A stretch of DNA of 64,000 bases from an uncultured Acidobacteriota bacterium (GTDB taxonomy: Bacteria; Acidobacteriota; Thermoanaerobaculia; UBA5066; DATFVB01), in NCBI GenBank assembly GCA_963813155.1, contig CAWEYG010000001.1, forward strand, positions 544,001 to 608,000. Reading direction: 5' to 3'. Below, in pieces: positions 56,067 to 64,000 of the stretch (positions are counted from its first letter, which is position 1; every line of letters starts with the position of its first letter). A program made the translations under genes and the position numbers. The notes below the pieces were generated by a model. The model ran no database searches, was not told the DNA's origin, and saw only the letters and a program-made list of their open reading frames with translations.

Positions 56067-56897
56067 ATGAACACGTTGAGGAAAATGGTCCAGGCGATCC
56101 TGATCGCGGTTCCCCTGCTTCTCGCGGCTCAGCCCGCTTCGGCCCTCGCGGGGGCGGGCTCGGTCCAGGCGCAGAAGAAGCAGTACGTCTGCCCGATGAA
56201 AGAACACACGGCGGTCTTCGACAAGCCGGGAGAGTGCCCGGAGTGCGGCATGGCGCTGATCGAGAAGGATGCCCCGAGAAACGTCGCCATCCTGATCTTC
56301 GACCACGTCAAGTCGATCGACTGGACGCCCGAGTACGAGATCTTCAGCAACGCGAACTACAACGTCTACACCGTCGCTCCGGAAAAGAAGCCGGTCAAGG
56401 CGCAATTCGGGCTGCAGGTCATTCCCGACTACGACTTCGCGAGCGCGCCCGCCCCCGACGTGCTCATCATTCCCGGCGGCGGCGAACACCAGGCGGCGCT
56501 TCCCGCCCCCTGGGCGCACGGCCTTCCCATTCCGGACGATCCGAAGATCCTCGGCTGGGTCCGAAAGAGCGCCGAGCACGCGAAGGTCGTTCTGTCCGTC
56601 TGCAACGGGGCCTTCACGCTCGCCCGGGCGGGCCTGCTCGACGGGCGCTCCGCGACCGCCACGCGCAACCTCGTGGCCTCCCTGTCCCAGGCGGGACGCG
56701 AGATCCGGCCGGTCGAGAACCGGCGGTGGGTGGAAGACGGGAAGTTCGTGACGTCCGGCGGGGAAGCGGCCGGGATGGACGGCGCGTACCACGTTCTCGC
56801 GATTCTCGAAGGCGAAGAAGCCGCCGCGCACCATGCCCGGGGCATGGAATACCGATGGGACCCGTCGGGAAAAGACGAGCCGCGGCCGGCTCGGTGA
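56067..56897 (+). CDS. Secreted DJ-1/PfpI family protein with N-terminal heavy-metal-binding domain
   Basis: Signal peptide; YVCPMKEH..PGECPECGMAL; DVLIIPGG, SVCNGAFTLARAGLLDG, DGKFVTSGG. Confidence 0.85.
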   Translation: MNTLRKMVQAILIAVPLLLAAQPASALAGAGSVQAQKKQYVCPMKEHTAVFDKPGECPECGMALIEKDAPRNVAILIFDHVKSIDWTPEYEIFSNANYNVYTVAPEKKPVKAQFGLQVIPDYDFASAPAPDVLIIPGGGEHQAALPAPWAHGLPIPDDPKILGWVRKSAEHAKVVLSVCNGAFTLARAGLLDGRSATATRNLVASLSQAGREIRPVENRRWVEDGKFVTSGGEAAGMDGAYHVLAILEGEEAAAHHARGMEYRWDPSGKDEPRPAR

Positions 56898-56910
56898 TTT
56901 CGGGGATCTT

Positions 56911-59170
56911 CTAGGACCGGCGGCGCAAGGCGGCCCCGGCGGCGAGGACCACGAGAATGGCCGCCGAGGCCGCCGAAACGGCGAGCCCCTCGCGAAAACC
57001 CGGCGGGACATAACGGCATTCGACGACGGTATCCCCGGCCGGCACGCCGACGCCGAGAAATGCCCCGTTGATCATCGATACCGGCAGGGGGCGGCCGTTT
57101 CCTTCCGCGCTCCATCCGCCGTCGTTCGATTCCGCCAGCACGAGCATTCGGGGAGCGCTCGCGCTCACCCGGAGGAGCACTCGATTCGGGTCTGCCCAGG
57201 TTTCGGCGGACACCGACGACGATCCGGCGAATTCCTCGCTCGCGCCGACCCGGTACGCCGTGCGCCGGAAATCGCCGGCCGCCGACAGCGCCGACAGCAG
57301 CGCGGCGCGGTCCCGCAAACCGACGACGCGATCCGGCAGGAAAGCGCGCTCGGAGGCGATGCTCGAAATCCCTCCGGTCGCGGAATCGAGGATCGCCCGA
57401 ACGCCAATCGAGGCAAGAAAGGGGACGTTGACGCGGGTGATCCGCTGGAAGTACTCGCCGGGCCCCGTGTAGCCCGAAGTCGCCCTGAGAACCTCTTCGT
57501 AGCCGTACGGCGCCGTCGGGTCGTGGACACGCGGATCTTCGAGACCGTACATCGAGGCGATGCCCGTCATCTCGATCCCGGTCGCCGCGAACCGGCCCGT
57601 TCCGCTCATCTCACGCAAGCGCAGCACCATCGGCGTCGCCGGGTAGAAATCCCCCGCCGAAGTTCCCGGGTCGAATCGCGCGTCGATCCTCCCCAGATCC
57701 GCCGCAGTGCCCGCGAGAACGAGCGCCGCGAGCGGAAGCCATGCGAAGCGCCGCGCCCGGAGAAGAATCCCGCCGGCCGCGAGCAGGACCAGGGGCACCA
57801 GGAAGCTTCCGGCGCGGCGGATCGTGAAGAATTGCGGGTGGACGATTCGAAAGCGCAGGCCCAGGCCGATCACGACGGCGGCCAGCACGGCGAAGACGCC
57901 CGTCTGAACGCGCCGGGCGGACGCGTCGGTCCGAAGCCGGTCGAGCTGGGCCGCGGCGAGAAACGCCGCCGCGAGCGTGATCACGGTGACCGACTGATTC
58001 GCCGAAACGCGAATCACCGCCGCGCGGATTCCCGGAATCCTCAGCAGGAGCAGCCGGGCCGGAGGATAGAAAATGAAGATCGCGTACGCCGCGGCCGCGC
58101 GGCGCGACCAGCGCACCGACTTCGGCGCTCCGCGCCAGGCGAGCGTTCCGAGCGCGAGACCGAGCGTCAGGATGCCGACGTAACCGCCGGCGCGCCCCGC
58201 CATCGAGCCCGGGCCGATCGAGTCTCCGTCGCGCGGATTACCCTGCGCCTCGGGGACGACGAAAAAGGCCGCGCCCCTCCACCAGGGCGCCGGCCGGACC
58301 CAGTCGGCCGCGGAGAGCGGCGGCGGCGGGGAGTCGTCCGTGATGTGCGCCAACCCCGAGCGCTCCGATGCCAGGATCACCCTCGCGACGGGAACGAGGT
58401 AGGCCCCGGCCAGGCCCGCGGCGAGAAGGGCTGCGGCGGCCGCAAGTCCGAGGCGCTTCCATCGACCGGAACGGTCCGCGCGGAAGAACGACCGCACGGC
58501 GAAATATCCCGCGCCCGCAAGCGCGACGTAGAACTCTCCCTCCGCGTGCCCGCCGAGCAGCAGGAGGAACACGGAACAGAAGACCGCCGCGAAGCCTCCC
58601 CGTTCGCCAAGGGCGGTGCGATCGAGCGCGACGAGGCACCACGGAAGCAGGGCAAGCGGATATGTGTCGCGGGAAATGGAGGAACGCTCCGAAGTAGACG
58701 GAATATGCGAACGCGATTCCGCCAAAACTCGAGGCGAGCCGCGACCGGCCGTGGCGCCGGAGAAGAAGAAACGCCCCCGTGGCTGCCGCGAACAGCTTCG
58801 TGGCGGCAGCCAGCGCGAACGCCCAGGGCAGCGGAAACAGCACCGCGAGAAGCGTCGTCGGCGCCGCGGCCTGCGCCTGCATGTTTCCCCAGAGAGCCGT
58901 CCCGAGGCCGTTCGAGGGAAAACGGAAGGGCATCCGGCCGTGGCGATACGCGTCGGCGACCGCGTGCGTCCACGGCAGGAACTGCGTCGCCACGTCGGAG
59001 AGCTGCGGATTCACCTCCGCGGGCGGCGCGTCGGGAATCAGGCGGAAATCGACCGCCGCCGGAGCGGGAAGACGCCCCTGGAAAACCGGAAAGAACGAAA
59101 CGAACAGCGCGAAGAGCCCGAAGAAAAAGTAGACCGAATACCGGGCGAGCGCGATTCGAAAGATGCTCAT
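56911..59170 (-). CDS. YfhO-like GT-C membrane protein (indel near 58675)
   Basis: SDVATQFLPW, LLGGHAE, GYVG; C-terminal LVLAES..GW..NGAFLGV.VPAG..YVPPGFREGL. Confidence 0.8.
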
Positions 59171-59269
59171 GCGGGCGGTCTCGCCCGGGATTATGCCTCG
59201 CGGCGCCGGCGATTGCGCCTCCGCGAGGTCCTCGCGGAGGCGCTCCGGGTTCAGGAATTCCCGTCCGGC

Positions 59270-60637
59270 TCAGTCTCCGTGCCGGGTGAACTGCGTGCTG
59301 GAATCCTGAGTCCGGTTGTCGACGGTCGGTCCGAAGAAGATCGCGCTTCCCTGCGTTACCGTGAGTCCGATCGATCCGGTTGCCGGAAGCGAGGCGACGC
59401 CCAGGAACTGCGCAGCGGTCGCCTGGGTGAAGAAATTCGCCGAAAAAGTCTTCGTCCCGGTCCCGACGAGCGTCCCCGACGCGTCCCAGATCGTGAACGC
59501 CACGGTGACCCCGTCGTCCAGCGTCCGAACGCCGAGATTGAACCGGTAGTTCACCGAGTCAAAAGGCAGGACGAACACCGCGTTGTCGCCGACCTGCAGC
59601 GCATCCGAGGCCCGGAAGGTCGGCTCGGAAAAGCCCGTGGTGCCTGCGGCGCCTCCGTCGTTGAAGATCCGCGCGACCGCGGTGGGGGCGGCGCCGGAGG
59701 TCGGGACCAGATCCGCGCTCCCGAGGCCCGACTGACCCATTGCGGGAAGAAGATCGCTGAAGTTGATCGTCTGCCATGAGCCGAGCAGGTAGCTCATCGA
59801 GGGGTCGCTCGGGCTCGCCGAAGCGCCCGCGGGGTGGAAAACGATGTTGCCTGCGATCACCGATCCGCCTCCGTTGGTCAGCTGCAGCTGGGTTCGGAAG
59901 TTGCTCCCGAACGCGCCCGCAAGCGAGCCGACGCCCGGAATCACGACAACGTCACCGGGGGTCGAGCTTCCCGCAACGGTCACGGAATAGCCCAGAGCGC
60001 CGGCGCACTGGTGAGAGTCGGTCGCGGTGATCGTGAACGTAAAGGTGCCGGTTCCCGTGGGGCCTCCCGAAAGGGCGCCGGTGGAGGCATTGATATTGAC
60101 GCCCGGCGGCAGCGATCCGGAGGTGACGGCGAAAGTGTACGGCCCCGTCCCGCCGGAAGCCGTGACCGACTGGTTGTAAGCGACGTTTTCGAGACCGCCG
60201 GGCAGCGTCGCGGGGGCGAGGCCGATCGTGGCGCAGCCGCTGGCCGCGGCAACGACGATCGTTCCGGTCATCCCCATCGTCGCCCCGTGGACCTGGCAGT
60301 AGTAATGAAAAGTCCCCGCGGTCGAAAACACGTGAGGGAAGTTCGCGCCCTGCGAGTACACGATGCCGGAATCCCAGATTCCATCCGACGTGCAGTAGGG
60401 CGAGCCGCCGTAAGCCCCGCCGCCCCCGCTCGAGCAGGTGCCCGAGGTCGTCGAGTGGCCGGTGTTGTCGGCGAAATGCCAGGTGACCGTGTCGCCCTGA
60501 TTGATGGTCGTCGTGGCGGTCTTGCTGTTCGCATCCGCGAAGTTGTAATCCGAGACGTTTACCGTTGCGTTCGCCGCCATCGCCTCCGCGCACGCCGCGA
60601 TCGCCAGGCCACTGAAGATGATTCTGAGTGTTCCCAT
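59270..60637 (-). CDS. Secreted cupredoxin + putative Ig + uncharacterised C-terminal domain protein
   Basis: TINQGDTVTW..GHSTTS, YYCQVHGATMGM (type-1 Cu ligands); ASGGTGPYTFAVTSGSLPPG Ig repeat. Confidence 0.85.
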   Translation of the reverse strand: MGTLRIIFSGLAIAACAEAMAANATVNVSDYNFADANSKTATTTINQGDTVTWHFADNTGHSTTSGTCSSGGGGAYGGSPYCTSDGIWDSGIVYSQGANFPHVFSTAGTFHYYCQVHGATMGMTGTIVVAAASGCATIGLAPATLPGGLENVAYNQSVTASGGTGPYTFAVTSGSLPPGVNINASTGALSGGPTGTGTFTFTITATDSHQCAGALGYSVTVAGSSTPGDVVVIPGVGSLAGAFGSNFRTQLQLTNGGGSVIAGNIVFHPAGASASPSDPSMSYLLGSWQTINFSDLLPAMGQSGLGSADLVPTSGAAPTAVARIFNDGGAAGTTGFSEPTFRASDALQVGDNAVFVLPFDSVNYRFNLGVRTLDDGVTVAFTIWDASGTLVGTGTKTFSANFFTQATAAQFLGVASLPATGSIGLTVTQGSAIFFGPTVDNRTQDSSTQFTRHGD

Positions 60638-60743
60638 GTTTTGACTCCTCACGGAGAGGATTCTGAGGCCGTCTCCCTCGATCGGCGAGGTTCTTAGTCT
60701 CTCTTAATCCTCGCCGGGGTTGGGCCACGAGCGATCCGCATCC

Positions 60744-61139
60744 TCAACGTATCGAGCGGGTAGCGGTCTTGCCCTTTGGCGCGGCGAGGTTCTGCTTGAC
60801 CCGGAGCTTCGCGATCCGTTCGATCAGGTCGTACGGGATCGGCTCGTCGAGGGGAAATCGAAGGTTGCCCTTCTCCCCCGCATAGCGCGCGATCGCCTTC
60901 TCGAGCCGACCGTCGCCGCGGATCGGAGGGTACAGGCCGATGTGCTTCTTGAAGGCCGCGAAGTACAACAGCATTCCGTTCAGCTTGAACGCGGGCATCC
61001 GATAGCTGAGCGTCTCCTGCGCGCCGGGGGCGGCTTTGCGCACGACCTTTCGAATCCTCTGCAGGATCGCTTGGACATCCGGCGGAAAGGCCGAGATGTA
61101 CTCATCCACGCTCGCCGGGTTGCTCCTCGGCTTCGTCAT
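60744..61139 (-). CDS. DUF1801 (YdhG-like) protein
   Basis: SVDEYI..APGAQETLSYRMPAF..YFAAFKKHIGLYP..KGNLRFPLDEPIPYDLI. Confidence 0.9.
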   Translation of the reverse strand: MTKPRSNPASVDEYISAFPPDVQAILQRIRKVVRKAAPGAQETLSYRMPAFKLNGMLLYFAAFKKHIGLYPPIRGDGRLEKAIARYAGEKGNLRFPLDEPIPYDLIERIAKLRVKQNLAAPKGKTATRSIR

Positions 61140-61211
61140 CTTGCTTCCCTCGCGCATGAGCCGGATTATCCCATTGCGCAATTGCGAAATTTCAAATTGC
61201 GAAATTGGAGT

Positions 61212-61240
61212 TGGTCGCCCCAACGGGAATCGAACCCGTC
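61212..61240 (-). other. tRNA 3'-end fragment (T-arm, acceptor strand, CCA; Glu-like), probable att site
   Basis: Minus strand reads GACGGG-TTCGATT-CCCGT-TGGGGCG-ACCA; no matching 5' acceptor strand or D-arm upstream. Confidence 0.8.
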
Positions 61241-61310
61241 TCGGCCGCGAAGGCGCGGCAGACAAGCAGCCTTACACGCTGGGAGCCAGGGTTGTGTCTT
61301 GCTGTGGCTC

Positions 61311-61511
61311 TCATGGTTTCCTGGCCCCGGTCTGCCGACCAGCCAGAAATCCCAAGATCGCTGTGAGAATAGGCGCCGAAAACCCTACCAGTTCGCCTGA
61401 GCCGGGTGACGCGCCGAAACCGGTGAAGAGAATTACTGTCAAAAACCCGAGACCAAAGGCCGTTGCCAGTATGATTCCCACGACTGAATCGTCCCGACGC
61501 TTACAAGACAT
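61311..61511 (-). CDS. Small two-TM membrane protein
   Basis: 66-aa ORF with two hydrophobic segments (TAILGFLAG). Confidence 0.45.
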   Translation of the reverse strand: MSCKRRDDSVVGIILATAFGLGFLTVILFTGFGASPGSGELVGFSAPILTAILGFLAGRQTGARKP

Positions 61512-61769
61512 CCTGAAATCCCGAAAACATCAAGAACTGGGTACTGCTCGACGACGCCAGGTCTGCATCTGGGGCTTCGAATCTCATACCTAAAATTATG
61601 AGGGACGAAGTCAAGCTAATTTCCTGAATGACTCTCTCGGAATGGGGCTCTCGGTTTCGCATCGTCGATTCCGATAATGCCGGACGAGCGAGGGCAAGAA
61701 ACCCATCAAAAATCAGAATTCGTTATTTGTCGGGTTTCCTGGTCGCCGACCATGTACCGGACGGCGTGG

Positions 61770-62783
61770 TTAGCCCGCCTTGCGGGGACGGCCAGGGCGG
61801 ACCAGAAACGAGAACTCGAGTCTCCGGAGCACGGCACGTACTGCGCGAGAGAATTTCGAGTCGTCGGGGACGGTCGAAAATCGCTTTGCCAGTTGTCTTT
61901 GTGTCCAACCGAAGGACCCGTCGTCGTTCTCTCCGAATAGTCGTAGCGCCGTCCATTTCACGTGTTCCTTATTTGGGGGTGCCGTCGTATCGACCTCGGA
62001 GAGATGGCGAGCTACGAATTGCCTGAAGGCTCTCCTGCACCCTTGTTCCCAGTCCTCGCGACCGATCATGTTCCCCGACCGCCAGTCGCGGAATGGGTCG
62101 AACGCAGGAAAGTCGAAAACGAATCGGGGTGCCGGGTCTGGTACCCCGATCCACCACGCCGGTTTCTCGTTGCTTCCCGAAAACGCCCCCCAGCTTTCAA
62201 AGCCTGCCCCGTCCAGTCTTCGCGCCTCCGAAAAAACCTCGCGGGCGTCTCCCTGGCGGACGATCGCTCCGCGGGGAAGTCCCTGCGGCCACTCGAATTG
62301 ACGATCAAATTTCAGAGGAGGGCTCGGCGATACCCGGCCCCATTGCGCAACCGTAGACCGAACAACCTCCACGAACCAAATCGGGTTGAATCGGTCTCGG
62401 CGGGTTCGTCGGACGTTTTCTTCCGAAATACCAGGAAGGCGCGCTTCGAGCCATCCCCAAAGAGCCTCCTGGCCGTCGGACTGGCGTTGTTTCGCCAGAC
62501 CATTTAGGTCCTCCAGCGTTCGAGCCTGAGGGTAGTCCGCCAACACGAAACGGTTGGAAAAAAATGGCGAAACGTCGCTACGGAGTGATTCAAGCGCCGC
62601 CGGGCAATGTTGCTCGATCGCGTCGAGAAATGCCTCCCGGTAGAAGAACGGTTCCTCGGTCTTCTTCAGCGCCGCCAAAGAACCTCCCCGCGTTTCTCCC
62701 CGCGGCCGAGGAATGAAGACGGGCGGAGCCGGCGCGGGGGTCCGGGTTTCGGAAGCGGGAGCTACCCTCTCCTCTCCGCCCAA
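61770..62783 (-). CDS. Hypothetical protein, possible C-terminal DNA-binding region
   Basis: 337-aa ORF; WTQRQLAKRF..FSRAVRAVLRRL; ends RPGRPRKAG. Confidence 0.6.
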   Translation of the reverse strand: MGGEERVAPASETRTPAPAPPVFIPRPRGETRGGSLAALKKTEEPFFYREAFLDAIEQHCPAALESLRSDVSPFFSNRFVLADYPQARTLEDLNGLAKQRQSDGQEALWGWLEARLPGISEENVRRTRRDRFNPIWFVEVVRSTVAQWGRVSPSPPLKFDRQFEWPQGLPRGAIVRQGDAREVFSEARRLDGAGFESWGAFSGSNEKPAWWIGVPDPAPRFVFDFPAFDPFRDWRSGNMIGREDWEQGCRRAFRQFVARHLSEVDTTAPPNKEHVKWTALRLFGENDDGSFGWTQRQLAKRFSTVPDDSKFSRAVRAVLRRLEFSFLVRPGRPRKAG

Positions 62784-62820
62784 GCTATTTTCGCAGGAAT
62801 GTCAGGGTCTCGCCAGGGAT

Positions 62821-63468
62821 TTAGAACGCGTCCTTGGCCTTCTTAATCTCCTCGCCTTTGGTCCTGTTGGCGATGGCTGCGAAGGATTCGGTAATAAACA
62901 GGACCGACGAGTGCTTGAGGTCGGCTCCATAGCGAGACAGCGTGACGGAGACGGCCCTACCTCTCCATTCGAGCGTTTCGTCGAGGTACTCGGCACCAAA
63001 AGCGTTCTGAAGTCTCCGGGACACACGAGGTGCTGTGGGCTGTCCATACTTCTCGATCATGACGGCCTCGATCGTCTCGAAGCTGGACGAATCAAATCCC
63101 CACGTGACCGCGACGAGGCTGCCCTCGTGGAAGATCATAGTGTCTTCGCAGGCGGTCTTGGCGACCGGCAACGCGAACCGGAGAGGCGGTAGGTGGGCGA
63201 CGCTGCCGGCAAGCGTGAAATGTCTCTGGCATGCCCGGACGGCAACGCCGAAATAGCGATTGCCCTTGCAATCAACCGTCGCGATTCGGTGGTCCGCACC
63301 CGGGAGCTGTGCGTCGGCTTCCCGGATCATCTGGACCGCTTCAGTTTCCCGCGTTCCCCACCGCACTCCCCGGTATCCGGTCGGCTCTTTCGTCCACGGC
63401 TCCGCGCTGAAAAGACGGCCCACCATGAGAGTCACAACGATTCCGATACCCATCTCTTCAATTCTCAT
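62821..63468 (-). CDS. Secreted hypothetical protein, paralog A
   Basis: Hydrophobic N-terminus; KEPTGYRGVRWG, IEKYGQPT, ETLEW.G, KKAKDAF. Confidence 0.75.
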   Translation of the reverse strand: MRIEEMGIGIVVTLMVGRLFSAEPWTKEPTGYRGVRWGTRETEAVQMIREADAQLPGADHRIATVDCKGNRYFGVAVRACQRHFTLAGSVAHLPPLRFALPVAKTACEDTMIFHEGSLVAVTWGFDSSSFETIEAVMIEKYGQPTAPRVSRRLQNAFGAEYLDETLEWRGRAVSVTLSRYGADLKHSSVLFITESFAAIANRTKGEEIKKAKDAF

Positions 63469-63511
63469 CCTTCGGGTTCTCCACGCCGCATCTTCATCGC
63501 AAGATGCTCGA

Positions 63512-64000
63512 TCAAAACGAGTCCTTCGCTTTCTTCTGAGCGTCGGAGTCCGCTTGAGCTTTCTGTATGTAATACCCGAGATCAGAGAAGACGGCGCTAC
63601 CCTCGGTCACCTTCGAGCCGAGATTGGAGGCTGTCACGTAGATCTTCTCACCGGTCCACGACAGTGTCTCCCTCTGGTACTCCACGCCCATCGTCGTTTT
63701 GACCACGTCGTTTCGATTCTCGGTCGGTTGGCCGTATTTTTCGATGAAGGTTTCTTTTAGCTTCGGATAGTCGGTGGACGCAAAAGTCCAGCTGACCGAA
63801 ACGAGATGATCGTGAACGAAGAGCCAATGTTCCGACACCGAGACAGTGCCGATCACGAAACTGCCCAAGCAGCCGCGGTCCGCGTCCTTGGCCGCGCTAG
63901 TACCGCGGAAGTCCATGCAAAACGGCTTCTTCCCGATCACTTCCTTGACCTGCTGCTCGCTCGCTCCCATTGGCAGGCCGCGGTAGGCTGCCGGCTCTTT
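63512..64000 (-). CDS. Hypothetical protein, paralog B (5' end outside window)
   Basis: KEPAAYRGLPMG, IEKYGQPT, ETLSW.G, KKAKDSF. Confidence 0.75.
   Translation of the reverse strand, partial: KEPAAYRGLPMGASEQQVKEVIGKKPFCMDFRGTSAAKDADRGCLGSFVIGTVSVSEHWLFVHDHLVSVSWTFASTDYPKLKETFIEKYGQPTENRNDVVKTTMGVEYQRETLSWTGEKIYVTASNLGSKVTEGSAVFSDLGYYIQKAQADSDAQKKAKDSF

Larger units (their letters stand above)
61212..64000. mobile_element. Edge of a tRNA-integrated element, continuing beyond the window
   Basis: tRNA 3' fragment boundary, visible drop in GC, only unrecognised ORFs; integrase not in window. Confidence 0.65.

Noticed and set aside
60683-60725. attC site after DUF1801 (GCCCAAC on minus strand plus cggcgagg/cctcgccg hairpin)
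   Set aside because: No matching GTTRRRY end or L boxes visible; may be an ordinary hairpin.
61212-61290. Complete tRNA gene
   Set aside because: No 5' acceptor strand complementary to TGGGGCG, no D-arm and no 7-nt anticodon loop.

Overview
High-GC bacterial chromosomal window; gene content suggests Acidobacteriota, probably Thermoanaerobaculia-like (inference). It holds about 55 CDS, mostly cell-envelope and secreted proteins: two CBM9/DUF5916 barrels, two DUF4097 proteins, a GH44-PKD-FN3 enzyme, BNR propellers, a collagen/BclB chimera, a cupredoxin-Ig protein and a Wzm/Wzt/ArnT/ArnB-like glycosylation locus. It also carries clpS-clpA-aat, rlmN, an ECF sigma/anti-sigma pair, a LytS/LytTR system and a propeller-GGDEF cyclase. 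About a dozen genes carry indels, several in homopolymer runs, best explained as long-read errors. Family names come from motif recognition, not database searches. Main observations: (1) one ECF-type promoter motif, ACCTT-N13-CGT, precedes six units spread over 26 kb, including the sigma gene itself, outlining a candidate envelope-stress regulon; (2) a ~75-bp palindromic repeat, also present intergenically, sits in frame inside an MFS transporter; (3) attC-like remnants and REP-like fragments flank lower-GC small ORFs at 7.7-9.1 kb; (4) a tRNA 3'-end fragment at 61.2 kb marks the edge of an integrated element with tandem unknown paralogs; (5) many apparent leaderless promoters, 21-bp-spaced LytTR boxes and a possible LexA box.
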